From: Dehalococcoidia bacterium
GTDB lineage: Bacteria; Chloroflexota; Dehalococcoidia; UBA2979
Assembly (NCBI GenBank): GCA_965219085.1
Contig: OZ244720.1
Coordinates: forward strand, 704,001 to 768,000
DNA: 64,000 nucleotides
Direction of reading: 5' to 3'
Part shown: one piece after another, positions 38,990 through 50,287 of the stretch
Layout: the number at the start of each line of letters is the position of its first letter
Numbering within the stretch: position 1 is the first letter of the stretch
The notes under the pieces: generated by a model
What the model saw: the letters and a program-made list of their open reading frames with translations, nothing else
The model's database searches: none
What the model was told of the DNA's origin: nothing
Program-made: the position numbers and the translations under genes

Positions 38990-39016
38990 CTTGCTCCGAT
39001 GTCACAACGATGTAGC
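38990..39016. promoter_or_regulatory. Operator-like motif, copy 2
   Basis: CTTGCTCCGATGTCACAACGATGTAGC. Confidence 0.55.
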
Positions 39017-39104
39017 TGGGACGCGGCAGGCGACCTCGATCACGCTAAGGTGAACACGCAGATGAGGAGAAGGAGGCGAGGCTAACGCATCGCGGGACCC
39101 TGGA

Positions 39105-39260
39105 GTGCAGTGCGCGATCTTGGACGGGCTGCCCATGCTCTCAGAGCCCGCGTTCCGGAAGGGGGTGCTGCGCGGCGCGCGCCTCTTGGACCCGCCAGCA
39201 ATCAGGCCGACGCCTTGGCACCCGTCCAGACCCGCCTCGCCTATCTCGGGATGGGGCGGG
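39105..39260 (+). pseudogene. Degenerate fragment of a VirD4-like gene
   Basis: ILDGLPMLSEPAFRKGVL and ADALAPVQTRLAY match ILDGLPLLSDDGFRGHVL and AEALAPVQTRLSY of 33193..35772. Confidence 0.7.
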
Positions 39261-39539
39261 CGGCCCCGCGCTCGCCGCGTCATGGGGTAAGCCTAGAACC
39301 CCGCGCCGCGATTTTCCCTACCCGGCATCCCTCTGACTGAACACGGCGATCTCCAGTTGGCGGGGTTTCGAGTCGGCGGCAGCCCGAAGCGCTTGGCGCG
39401 CCTGAATCTGCCGAACAGGCGCTTGACCGACCCGCAGCCCGGAACACGGGCTGACACCGAAGCACTTGCGGCATGTAGCTGGCAGCCCCCGACGCCCAGA
39501 ATTCCCCTTGCGCGGCCTTGCTCCCGCGCGAACGCCCCG

Positions 39540-39752
39540 CGCTCGAGGTGGGGCGCGGGAGGAGTAGCGGTTGCGGTCGCTACAGCTAGCGACACCTGAG
39601 TGGCGACTGGCTCGGGTGTCCGGTGCGCTGTGACGGTCGGAGGCTGACGCCTCCTGACTCGGGGCCGAGACTGTGGTCTCGCCGCCGCAGGCCGTCGCCA
39701 GTAACACCAGCGAGCAGGCGAGCCCCGGCAAGAACGATCGGCTCCCCGCATG
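39540..39752 (-). pseudogene. Frameshifted lipoprotein N-terminal remnant
   Basis: SLVLLATACGG lipobox; ATATATPP linker in another frame. Confidence 0.45.
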
Positions 39753-40039
39753 ATGGCCCACCTCCGGGTGCCCGGTCTTAGAGACCGGGCGGCACATCGC
39801 ACTGCGTGTCAAGGACCATACCGTGGACGCGTTGCACCGGGGAGAGAGTTCACCGAAGAAGCACCAGCAATGTCCGCGATGTCACACCACGTTCACTTCC
39901 AAAATGTATATCGTAACTGGCGGGTAACTCAGTTCGGGCGGCGTGAGTTCGACAGGCCGATCGCCGGGCCGGAGAAGCGGTGTGGGATCACCGGAATCCA
40001 AGAGCGGGTGCGCGGCAGACGGGCTACTCAGAGATGGTC

Positions 40040-40140
40040 CCGGCCCGGACCACGTCGTGGCGACGCTCGACAAGCGGGATGCCCTCGACGGGCTGGACGT
40101 GCTGCCGGGCTTCTCCTGCGCGGTGAGCGCCGTCGTTGGC
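40040..40140 (+). pseudogene. Uma2-family endonuclease C-terminal remnant
   Basis: DALDGLDVLPGFSCAV resembles the LDG.DVLPGF end of Uma2 proteins. Confidence 0.55.
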
Positions 40141-40180
40141 GCCCGTTCCGTCCCGGAGCGCTCTGGACACGAGCGAACGC

Positions 40181-40723
40181 ATGACCGCGGACGCGACTGA
40201 TCCGCAACTGGCGAGTCAGGGCCGACGCCTCGCCGGGGCCGTGCTCGACGGCCTGCTGTTCGTCCTCACCCTCGGTATCGGCTGGGTCATCTGGTACCTG
40301 TTCACGGCGCGCGGTGGGCAGAGCCCGGCGAAGCGGCTGCTGGGCATGCGCGTCATCCTCGATGACGGCGCGGTAGCCAGCCGGAGCTGGATGCTCATCC
40401 GCGATCTGGCAGTGCGCGTCATTGCCTTCGGCGCGGTCAACCGGGTGCTGGTCGCGGTGCTCGGTGCGGACGCGGGCGGTGCCATCTACGGGCTCGTCTT
40501 CGTCGTGGCGGCGCTGTGGTGCGTGTGGGACGCGGACCGCCAGTGCCTCTGGGACAAGATCGTGCGGACGCGCGTCGTGTACGGCCTGCGCGCCCCCGCC
40601 AGCGCCTCAGCGGGCCGCCGCAGGATCCTGCCCGACCTCCGCACTCGCTGGGATCCTCTCGACGCTTCGGCGTACACTTGTTCTGAGAGCGTACGGAACC
40701 TCGCCGATCCTGTAGGCGAGTAG
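40181..40723 (+). CDS. RDD-family membrane protein
   Basis: RRLAGAVLD, GQSPAKRLLGMRV, RQCLWDKIVRTRVV. Confidence 0.85.
   Translation: MTADATDPQLASQGRRLAGAVLDGLLFVLTLGIGWVIWYLFTARGGQSPAKRLLGMRVILDDGAVASRSWMLIRDLAVRVIAFGAVNRVLVAVLGADAGGAIYGLVFVVAALWCVWDADRQCLWDKIVRTRVVYGLRAPASASAGRRRILPDLRTRWDPLDASAYTCSESVRNLADPVGE
40671..40684. promoter_or_regulatory. LexA/SOS-like box upstream of the recombinase
   Basis: CGTAC-ACTT-GTTCT, ~88 bp before ATG 40772. Confidence 0.5.
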
Positions 40724-40771
40724 CGCGGCAGGGCGGTGCCAGTCCGGCCGCGAGCCAGGGAGCACGAACCG

Positions 40772-42385
40772 ATGAACGACCGACCCGACCCCACGCCGGC
40801 AGCGCTTTATGCCCGCGTCTCCAGCGACCGCCAGGACGTCGACCTCTCCGTCTCAGCCCAACTCCGGGCGCTGCGCGACTACGCCGAGAAGAACAACTAC
40901 CTCGTCGTCCGCGAGTACGTCGATGAGGCCGAGAGCGGGCGCGTCGCCGACAGGCCCCAGTTCCAGAAGATGCTCGACGAGGCCAGCGGCGCGGACGCCC
41001 CCTTCCGTGAGATCCTCGTCTGGAAGTTCTCGCGCTTCACCCGCAAGCGCGAGCATGCCGTCGCCTTCAAGTCGATGCTGCGCCGCCGCGGCGTCCGCGT
41101 CGTCTCCATCACCGAGCACGCCGACGACACGCCCACCGGCAAGCTCATGGAGGCGATCATCGAGAGCGTCGACGAGTTCTACAGCGAGAACCTGGCACAG
41201 GAGGTCATGCGCGGCCTGCGCGAGTCGGCCTCTCGCGGATTCTGGGTCGCTCCCCGCGCTCCGTACGGCTACCGCAGGGTGCAGGTCCAGGACGGCCCGA
41301 GGACCCGACCGAAGCTGGAGCTGAATCCGCCCGCTGACGGCATGGTCCGCCGCATCTTCGAGATGGCGCTGCAAGACCGGAGCGTCCTCGACATCAGCAA
41401 GACCCTCAACGCCGAGGGCATCCCGAGTCCCGCAGGCAAGCGCTGGAACAAGACGACCATCCACCAGATGCTCGCCAACGAGACCTACACGGGGACCCTG
41501 CTCTGGGGCGTCACCGCCAAGGACGGGCTGCCACCCGTGCGCGTGGACGACGCCTTCCCGGCCATCGTTTCCCGGGAGGAGTTCCGGCAGGTCGCGGCGC
41601 TGCTGCGCGCGAGGGCGCCCGCGCAGGTCCACCCCCGGCGCGCCGGTAGCCCCTACCTGCTGAGCGGGCTGGTCAAGTGCCATCGGTGCCGCAGGGCGCT
41701 CACGGCCGCCGAGGCCAAGAGCGGCAAGTACACCTACTACGTCTGCCAGTCGTTGCTGAAGCGGGGCAGCGGCACGTGCGAGACGCCGCGCCTCAACGCG
41801 AAGCGCTTCGAGCAGCTGATCATCGACCAGATCCGGGAGCACGTCCTCACCGAGTCCAACATCCGCGACCTCGTGCGGCTCGTCGATGAGGAGATGGACG
41901 GAGTGGCCCGCGAGGAGCGGGCGAAGCTCGAGAGCATCGAGGCGGAGCTGGCCGAGGTGCGCCGCCGGATGGACCGGCTGTGGCACGCCGTCGAGACCTC
42001 CGACCTTGAGGTGAACGACATCCTGCCCCGCATCAGGCAGCACCAGGAGCGCCAGGGACGCCTCGAGGCGGCGGCCCAGGATGCCCGCACGGCGCTGTCG
42101 GAGCGTCGCGTGGTGCTGGACAGCGTGGAGACCATCGCCGCCTTCGCCCGGGAGATGAGCGAGTTCCTGAGGACGAGCGACCTGACCGAGTCGAAGGCCT
42201 TCATCCGCTCCTTCGTGAAGGAGATCGCGGTGAAGCCCGGGACGGCGACGATCCGCTACACGATCCCGACGCCTCCCGACAGCACAATCGGCGGTCGAGA
42301 TGCCGCGGAGGTTGAGTTGCCCGAGGCAGTTCGCAGTACAGTCCAGTATGGCTGGGGACCAGGGATTCGAACCCCGACCTACTGA
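40772..42385 (+). CDS. Large serine recombinase (ICE integrase)
   Basis: YARVSS, DEAESG..RPQF and SRFTR motifs; recombinase domain; CHRC..YYVC..C Zn ribbon; coiled coil; last codons overlap tRNA-Gln. Confidence 0.93.
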   Translation: MNDRPDPTPAALYARVSSDRQDVDLSVSAQLRALRDYAEKNNYLVVREYVDEAESGRVADRPQFQKMLDEASGADAPFREILVWKFSRFTRKREHAVAFKSMLRRRGVRVVSITEHADDTPTGKLMEAIIESVDEFYSENLAQEVMRGLRESASRGFWVAPRAPYGYRRVQVQDGPRTRPKLELNPPADGMVRRIFEMALQDRSVLDISKTLNAEGIPSPAGKRWNKTTIHQMLANETYTGTLLWGVTAKDGLPPVRVDDAFPAIVSREEFRQVAALLRARAPAQVHPRRAGSPYLLSGLVKCHRCRRALTAAEAKSGKYTYYVCQSLLKRGSGTCETPRLNAKRFEQLIIDQIREHVLTESNIRDLVRLVDEEMDGVAREERAKLESIEAELAEVRRRMDRLWHAVETSDLEVNDILPRIRQHQERQGRLEAAAQDARTALSERRVVLDSVETIAAFAREMSEFLRTSDLTESKAFIRSFVKEIAVKPGTATIRYTIPTPPDSTIGGRDAAEVELPEAVRSTVQYGWGPGIRTPTY

Positions 42386-42422
42386 TCCAGAGTCAGCTGT
42401 CCTACCATTAGACTAGTCCCCA
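42349..42422 (-). tRNA. tRNA-Gln (CTG)
   Basis: TGGGGACTAGTCTAATGGTAGGACAGCTGACTCTGGATCAGTAGGTCGGGGTTCGAATCCCTGGTCCCCAGCCA; cloverleaf, TTCGA loop, CCA end. Confidence 0.95.
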
Positions 42423-42458
42423 GCGGTCGATCCACCCTAACAAACAGCGGCCGACGGG

Positions 42459-43973
42459 TCACGATCCCGCCGCATCATCCTCGACGGCCTCGGGCGGGTA
42501 CGCCTCGACGAGCACGGGCACGGCCGCGCGCATGCGCTCGAGGCAGGGCGTCGCGCCGACGATCTCCATCGTCTCGAACAGCGGCGGGGTGACGCGCTTC
42601 CCGGTCACCGCGACGCGACACAGCATGAACAGGTCGCCGGCGCGCAGGCCGATCTCCTCGGCCGCAGCGCGGAGCGCGGCCTCCAGCGGCTCGGCGTCCC
42701 ATGTGTCGGCGAGGGGTTCGAGGGCGGTGATCGCGGCCTCCAGCGCGGGGGCGGCGCGCTCCGGCGTCTTGCGCATGCCGCGCGCGATGAACTCGCCCGG
42801 CTCGGCCACCTCGACCTCCTCGGTGAAGAAGAAGTCGGTCATCGGCGCGACCTCGGAGAGCAGCTTCACGCGCTCCTGGATGAGCGGCGTGAACGCGTCG
42901 ACGAGCTCGCCGTCGAGGGGGCGGGCGACCTCGGCGGGCAGGTCGTCGTCGAGGCGCTGCGCGAAGCGGCCGGCGAGGTCGTCGAGCGACAGCGAGCGCA
43001 TGTACACGCCGTTCATCCACTCCAGCTTCTCGGTGTCGAACGTCGCCGGCGCCGGGTTGAGGCGGGCGAGGTCGAACGAGGCGACGAGCTCGTCGCGCGA
43101 GAGGATCTCGGTCGAGTCGTCGAGCGCCCAGCCGGTGATGGCGAGGAAGTTGCACAGCGCCTCGGGCAGGTAGCCGTCGGCGGCGTAGTCGAGCACGGAC
43201 TTGGCGCCCTGGCGCTTGGAGAGCTTGCCGCCGCCGGGGCCGAGGATGACCGGCGTGTGCACGAAGATCGGCGGCTCGTAGCCGAGCGCCTCGAACAGCC
43301 GCACGTGGCGCGGCGTCGACGGGATCCACTCGTCGCCGCGCGTGACGTGCGTGATCTCCATCGCATGGTCGTCGACGACGTGCGCGAGGTGGTACGTGGG
43401 GAAGCCGTCCGACTTCAGCATCACGAAGTCGTCGAGGACGCGGTTCTCGTAGGTGATGGCGCCGCGGATCAGGTCCTCGAACGTCGTCGAGCCCTCGCGC
43501 GGCATGCGGAACCGCACGACGTGCGACTCGCCCGCCGCGGCGCGGGCGGCTGTCTCGTCGGGGTCGAGGGCGCGGCAGCGGCCGGCGTAGCCGGGCGGCT
43601 GTCCGCTCGCGCGCTGCTGCTCGCGCAGCGCGCGCAGGTCGTCGGGCGTGCAGAAGCAGCGATAGGCGTTGCCGTCGGCGAGCAGCCGCTCGATCGCCTC
43701 GTGGTAGCGCTCGAGGCGCTGCGACTGGATGTACGGGCCGTACGGCCCGCCCTCCGCCGGCCCCTCGTCCCACTCGATGCCGAGCCAGCGCAGGGAGTCC
43801 TCGATGCGCTGCAGCGAACCCTCGACGGCGCGCGACTGGTCGGTGTCCTCGAGCCGCAGCACGAACGCCCCGCCGAGGCGGCGCGCGTGCAGCCAGCTCC
43901 ACAGCGCGGTGCGGATGTTGCCGACGTGTGGGTCGCCGGTCGGGCTGGGCGCGTAGCGTAGTCGCACGGTCAT
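42459..43973 (-). CDS. gltX: Glutamate--tRNA ligase
   Basis: RYAPSPTG.PHVGN, LRLEDTD, AYRCFCT, KLSKR. Confidence 0.95.
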   Translation of the reverse strand: MTVRLRYAPSPTGDPHVGNIRTALWSWLHARRLGGAFVLRLEDTDQSRAVEGSLQRIEDSLRWLGIEWDEGPAEGGPYGPYIQSQRLERYHEAIERLLADGNAYRCFCTPDDLRALREQQRASGQPPGYAGRCRALDPDETAARAAAGESHVVRFRMPREGSTTFEDLIRGAITYENRVLDDFVMLKSDGFPTYHLAHVVDDHAMEITHVTRGDEWIPSTPRHVRLFEALGYEPPIFVHTPVILGPGGGKLSKRQGAKSVLDYAADGYLPEALCNFLAITGWALDDSTEILSRDELVASFDLARLNPAPATFDTEKLEWMNGVYMRSLSLDDLAGRFAQRLDDDLPAEVARPLDGELVDAFTPLIQERVKLLSEVAPMTDFFFTEEVEVAEPGEFIARGMRKTPERAAPALEAAITALEPLADTWDAEPLEAALRAAAEEIGLRAGDLFMLCRVAVTGKRVTPPLFETMEIVGATPCLERMRAAVPVLVEAYPPEAVEDDAAGS

Positions 43974-44905
43974 GCGGCATCCTCCTCGGTGTACGCGGCT
44001 ACCTCGTGGTCAGCGCGGAGCGCCGCGATGGCGTCCTCGACGTCCTCGGGGAGCGGCGCGACGAACTCGCGCCACTCGCCTGTCGAGGGCAGGCACAGCC
44101 CGAGCCGGCGGGCGTGCAGCGCCTGGCGCGTGATGCGCGGCGAGGGGGAGCCGTAGAGGCTGTCACCGATGATCGGGTGGCCGATGGCGTCGAGGTGGAC
44201 ACGGATCTGGTGCGTGCGGCCCGTGAGGATGCGCACCTCGACCAGTGCTGCCTCGTCGCCGTACTGCTCCAGCACGCGGTACTCGCTGAACGCCGGCTCG
44301 CCCTTCTCGACGACGGCGCGCCGCGTGGGGTCGGCCGGATCGGGCCCGAGCGGGGCGTCGATGCGGCCGGCGGCCGGCTCGACGAAGCCCTCGGCGATGG
44401 CGTGGTAGACCTTGAGGATCTCGCGCGCCTTCCACTGCGCGCGCAGCAGGTCGCGGGCCGCCTCGGTCTTCGCGAACGCGATCGCCCCCGAGGTGTCGCG
44501 GTCGAGGCGGTGGACGAGCCCGGAGCGCGCACCGCCGATGGCGGCGACCTCCGGCCGGTGCGCGCGCACGACGTGCACGAGCGTGACCGCGGGGCGCCCC
44601 TGCACCGGGTGGACGAGCAGGCCGGCCGGCTTGTTCACGACCAGCAGCTCGTCGTCCTCGTACAGGACGTCGAAGTCCGCCTCGGCAGCGAGTGCGTCAA
44701 GGTCGGGGGTCGTGGGCAACCGGATCGTGATCTGGGCGCCCGAGCGCACGCGGCGGCCGGGTCGGGTTTGCGGCTTGCCGTCGATGTCGGCGTGTCCGGC
44801 CTCGATCAGCCGCTGCGCCTGCGAGCGCGAGAGGTGCGTGAGGTGCGCCCCGACGAGCTGGTCGAGGCGCTCCTCGGCGTCCGCGGTGAACCGCTCGACC
44901 TGCAT
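43970..44905 (-). CDS. RluA/RluD-family pseudouridine synthase
   Basis: S4 domain, NKPAGLLVHP, HRLDRDTSG, TGRTHQIRVH, ALHA. Confidence 0.93.
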   Translation of the reverse strand: MQVERFTADAEERLDQLVGAHLTHLSRSQAQRLIEAGHADIDGKPQTRPGRRVRSGAQITIRLPTTPDLDALAAEADFDVLYEDDELLVVNKPAGLLVHPVQGRPAVTLVHVVRAHRPEVAAIGGARSGLVHRLDRDTSGAIAFAKTEAARDLLRAQWKAREILKVYHAIAEGFVEPAAGRIDAPLGPDPADPTRRAVVEKGEPAFSEYRVLEQYGDEAALVEVRILTGRTHQIRVHLDAIGHPIIGDSLYGSPSPRITRQALHARRLGLCLPSTGEWREFVAPLPEDVEDAIAALRADHEVAAYTEEDAA

Positions 44906-44918
44906 CAGGCGCCTCGCG

Positions 44919-45443
44919 TCACTCGGCCGCTTCGTCCGGCGCGTCGGGCCGTAGCGAGAGCAGGATGAGCGCGATCACGCCGACGACGATCGAGGAGTCG
45001 GCGAGGTTGAACGCGGGGTAGTGGGTCGGGTCGATGAAGTCGGTGACCTCGCCGCGCAGCAGGCGATCGATGAGATTGCCGACCGCCCCGCCCAGCACGA
45101 GCGCCAGCGCCACCGTGTAGAGCCGGTCACCGGCGGGCGCGACGTACAGCAGCACGAGCACCACGGCGACCCCGACGAGAGAGCTGACGACGAGCAGCGG
45201 ACCTGCGCCCTGCAGGATACCGAAGGCCGCGCCGGTGTTCTCGACGTGGGAGATACGGATCAGCTCGAAGCCGGCCGGCCACGTCTCGCCCTCGGCGAGC
45301 CAGCCGCGGATGAGCGCCTTCGTCGCCTGGTCCAGCACGACCGCGGCGATCGCGATCGTGGCGAAGAGCCGCGCCTGCGGCGCGTGCGAGGCCGGTGCGG
45401 ACTCGCGCACGGAGGCGCCGGGGCTGGCTTCGATGCGTTCCAT
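44919..45443 (-). CDS. lspA: Lipoprotein signal peptidase II
   Basis: DQATK, NTGAAFG, GGAVGNLIDR, VTDF, FNLAD. Confidence 0.93.
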   Translation of the reverse strand: MERIEASPGASVRESAPASHAPQARLFATIAIAAVVLDQATKALIRGWLAEGETWPAGFELIRISHVENTGAAFGILQGAGPLLVVSSLVGVAVVLVLLYVAPAGDRLYTVALALVLGGAVGNLIDRLLRGEVTDFIDPTHYPAFNLADSSIVVGVIALILLSLRPDAPDEAAE

Positions 45444-45623
45444 GGGGTCATCGTAGCCGAGCGCGCGGTTCCAGTCCGAGGCGGGCGCGCGCGGCCGGGG
45501 AGCTCGCGAGCCGCCCCACTACGTGGGTAGTAAGCGCGGTTGTGACCCCCTCGCAACGCCCGATACGATGGATCGGCCGCGAGGATCTCCCGGGCGTGGC
45601 CGCCCGAGACGAGAGGGGGAGCC

Positions 45624-46229
45624 GTGACGACCCAACAGGCCGGCAACAAGCCGAGTCGCCCACCCGAAGCCGACCGACTGCCTCCGGGGCAGCGGCTCAC
45701 CGACGGCTGGCCAGTGCTCACCTACGGCTCGACGCCTCGTGTCGACCTCGCGACGTGGGAGTTCCGCATCTTCGGCCTGGTCGAGGGGGAGCAGCGCCTG
45801 AGCTGGGATGAGTTCAACGCGCTCCCGCAGATCGATACGACCACGGACATCCACTGCGTCACCACGTGGAGCCGCTACGACAACCGCTGGCAGGGCGTCC
45901 GCTTCCGCGACCTCCTGGAGCTGGTCACGGTGCTGCCCGAGGCGAACGAGGTGATGTTCCACTCCTACGGCGGCTACACGACGAACGTGCCGCTCGACGA
46001 GCTCATGGGCGACGACGTGCTCCTCGCGCACAGCCACGACGGCCAACCCCTCGGACCCGACCACGGCGGCCCGCTGCGCGGGGTGATCCCGCAGCTCTAC
46101 TTCTGGAAGAGCGCGAAGTGGGTGCGCGGCATCGAGTTCCTGCCCGAGGTCCGCCCGGGCTTCTGGGAGATGTACGGCTACCACATCCACGGCGACCCGT
46201 GGAAAGAGGAGCGCTACGTCGGCGACTAG
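45624..46229 (+). CDS. Sulfite-oxidase-like molybdopterin oxidoreductase
   Basis: LPPGQ, DIHCVTTWS, HGGPLR, YFWKSAKWV, GFWE..GYH..GDPW. Confidence 0.9.
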   Translation: MTTQQAGNKPSRPPEADRLPPGQRLTDGWPVLTYGSTPRVDLATWEFRIFGLVEGEQRLSWDEFNALPQIDTTTDIHCVTTWSRYDNRWQGVRFRDLLELVTVLPEANEVMFHSYGGYTTNVPLDELMGDDVLLAHSHDGQPLGPDHGGPLRGVIPQLYFWKSAKWVRGIEFLPEVRPGFWEMYGYHIHGDPWKEERYVGD

Positions 46230-46299
46230 CCTCGTCTGTAGCCGCCTGCCTCGTCTGTCGAGGAGCCCCGAAACTCGGCCCACTCCCCCGCATGGCAGA

Positions 46300-46325
46300 G
46301 AGAGGCCCGCGTGAGCGGGCCTCTC
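46300..46325. terminator. Hairpin between convergent genes
   Basis: GAGAGGCCCGC-GTGA-GCGGGCCTCTC. Confidence 0.6.
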
Positions 46326-46347
46326 CGTGTGCGACCGCTGCCGTGGT

Positions 46348-47120
46348 TCAGGCGATGCGGCGTCGGGTGTAGACGGCCGCGCCCGCGACGAGCATGACGG
46401 CCGCGGTGAGCGCTGCCCACTGCCACGCGGCGGGCCCGCTGGTAGCGGTCACCAGCCCGGCGTTGCCGGTGTTGGGACGCGGCATGGTCTGCTGGACCAC
46501 CTCGATCGTGGCGGTCGCCTGCGTGCCGCTCACGAGGTCGAGCAGGCGGATCGTCTCGGTGGTGGCGACGCCGTGTCGACGTTGTCGACGCCGCGCGAGG
46601 GGTCGGGCTGGCCGCCGTCGAAGCCCGTGAACAGCCCGGTGTTCTCCTCGGTGCCGGCCTCGTAGGCTCGCAGCTCGATGGTCTGGCTGAGCGGCGTGTC
46701 GCCGTCGAAGAGCGCGACCGACTGCAGCCCGACGAAGCCGTCGTTCGTCGCGACGAGCATCTGCGCCGTGGGGAGCAGGTCACCAGGCTCGGCCGTCACC
46801 TCGAAGACTACCGTCGCGCCGCTCGCGGGGGCTGCGTCAATCTCGCCCGCGCCGAGCGCGGACACCGCCTCGGCAGGGTTGCCGATCTCGGCGATACGCT
46901 CGATGGCGAGCGACGCCTCGGCGTCGCGGGCCCAGAGCGCGCCGGAATCGGTGTGCACGAGCCAGGCCCCGGGACTGAGGATCTGCTCCGGGTCGCTCGC
47001 GTTGGTGATCGTCACCCGGAACGTCACCGGGCGGGCGGCCTCCGTGGTACTCGCGAGGCCGGACAGCATTGCCGCGGCCAGGGCGAGCACCAGGATCGCT
47101 GTGATGGGGGTACGGAACAT
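46348..47120 (-). CDS. Spondin_N-domain surface protein with PxTG-TM-basic tail; 1-bp frameshift near 46575
   Basis: Signal peptide; VTITN..LSPG, IAEIG, MLVATNDGF, YEAGTEEN; tail PNTGNAGL + TM + RRR. Confidence 0.75.
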
Positions 47121-47195
47121 GTTGCACCCCTCCTTTCTCGCACCTTTCCAATACCTAGTCTCGCACATTTCAAGACCAAGTATCACACTGGGGCG

Positions 47196-47227
47196 AAAAA
47201 AAACGCGCCGGCCAAGAGTCGGCGCGT
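47196..47227 (-). terminator. Intrinsic terminator (probably that of the malic enzyme gene before IS insertion)
   Basis: ACGCGCCGAC-TCTTG-GCCGGCGCG followed by T8 on the minus strand. Confidence 0.75.
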
Positions 47228-47258
47228 CGGGCGATCGGATCGGAGTTGGCGCTGCTAG

Positions 47259-48438
47259 ACCGTATGGAGTGACCGGCTCCGAGTTCGCAAACTCGCGGGT
47301 TACAGACGCGAGGCATGCAGAGCCGCATGCGAAAGGAGCCGGTCAGGAAGATGACTACCACATACGCAGGGATGGATGCACACGCGCGGGCGATCCACGT
47401 GGCGGTGCTGGCGCCGGGGGCCGAGCGGCCCGAGGAGTGGCAGCTGGCGAACGAGCCGAAGGCGGTGAAGCGGCTCGCGCAGCGCCTGCGGCGCATGGCG
47501 CCGGGGCCGCTCGTGGCCTGCTACGAGGCCGGGCCGGGCGGCTTCGCGCTGCAGCGCCGGCTGGAGGCCGAGGGCGTCGAATGCCGGGTGATCGCCCCGG
47601 CGCTGATCCCCAGGCGACCCGGCGACCGCGTCAAGACCGACCGTCGCGACGCACGGAAGCTCGCCGAGCTGCTGCGCGCGGACCTGCTCACGGCGGTGCA
47701 TCCCCCGACCATCGACCAGGAGGCGGTGCGCGACCTCTGCCGGGCGCGCGAGGACGCCGTGACCGACCGCACGCGGGCGCGCCACCGCCTGGCGAAGCTG
47801 CTGCTGCGGCGCGGCATCGCCTACGACGGGCGGAACTGGACGCTGCGGCACCGCCGCTGGCTGCTGACGCTGCGCTTCGAACACCCGGCCGCGCAGGCCA
47901 CCTTCGACGACTACCTGCGCGCGCTCGAGGGCGTGGAGGAGCGGCTGCGCACGCTGGAGCAGGAACTGGCCGCGTGTGCCGCCAGCGACGACTACCGCGA
48001 GGCGGTGGGGCTGCTGCGCTGCTTCCGCGGGGTCGACACGGTGACGGCGATGACGGTGCTGGCCGAACTCGGCGACGTCACGCGCTTCGGCAGCGCCCGG
48101 CAGCTGATGTCCTACCTCGGGCTGACGCCGAGCGAGCACAGCAGCGGGGCGCGCCAGCGGCGGGGGCCGATCACGAAGACAGGGAACAGCCACGTGCGCC
48201 GCATCCTGGTGGAGAGCGCCTGGCACTACCGCCACCCGCCGCGGGTCGGCGCAGCCCTGCGCAAGCGGCGGGAGGGCCAGCCGGGCTGGGCCGTGGTGCT
48301 GGCCGACCGGGCGCAGACCCGGCTCTATCGCCGCCACCGGCGGCTGGCCGCTCACGGCAAGCCGTCGGTCGTGGCGAACACCGCCGTCGCCCGCGAACTT
48401 GCGGGCTACCTGTGGGCGGTGCTGCGGCGTATCCCCGC
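47259..48438 (+). mobile_element. IS110/IS1111-type element, copy 1, 3'-truncated (transposase from 47351; bridge RNA and right end deleted)
   Basis: Matches copy 2 from the left end to 48438; GMD, YEAG, KTDRRDA and GLTPSEHSSG motifs. Confidence 0.92.
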
Positions 48439-48595
48439 CGGCCTCGACCTCCCGAACCATCTCCAGCCGGGCAGCCGGTGTCAGACGCGCGTTAGGATGT
48501 GCCACGAGAGGCTCCTCTCCTGCTCCTGGTGCGTTCGTGACACACACAGCAGCAGGCGGAGCCCCTCACCTGCAACAACCTACGTGGGAACTACA
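48439..48595 (-). mobile_element. IS481-family left-end fragment
   Basis: TGTAGTTCCCACGTAGGTTGTTG identical to the end at 51252; encodes VAHPNARLTPAARLEMVREVEAG; flanked by CTAG at 48597-48600. Confidence 0.85.
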
Positions 48596-48596
48596 C

Positions 48597-50075
<1,479 letters not shown>

Positions 50076-50287
50076 GTACTGCACTCCTGTAGCGCAGTGC
50101 GGGGCGGTGGCGCGTAATGTTGCGGCAGGTTTCCGACTGGCGCTAGTACCCCGCGCAGAGTTCGTCTGCGTTGCGGCCAACACGTGCTAGAATGCATGCG
50201 CTGGCCCCCGGAACGCCGACCGGGAAGCCACTCCCCTCTGGACGCCGAGTCGAATCGAGGCATGCACTCGTGAGAGGGAAGAACCAC

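Larger units (their letters stand above)
15200..42350. mobile_element. Integrative conjugative element at tRNA-Gln 3' end (left boundary approximate; it could extend further left)
   Basis: Serine recombinase abutting the tRNA, plus VirB4/VirD4/relaxase/pilins/VirB6-like genes and a primase-ssb-Rad52-RadC-MTase-helicase operon. Confidence 0.85.
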
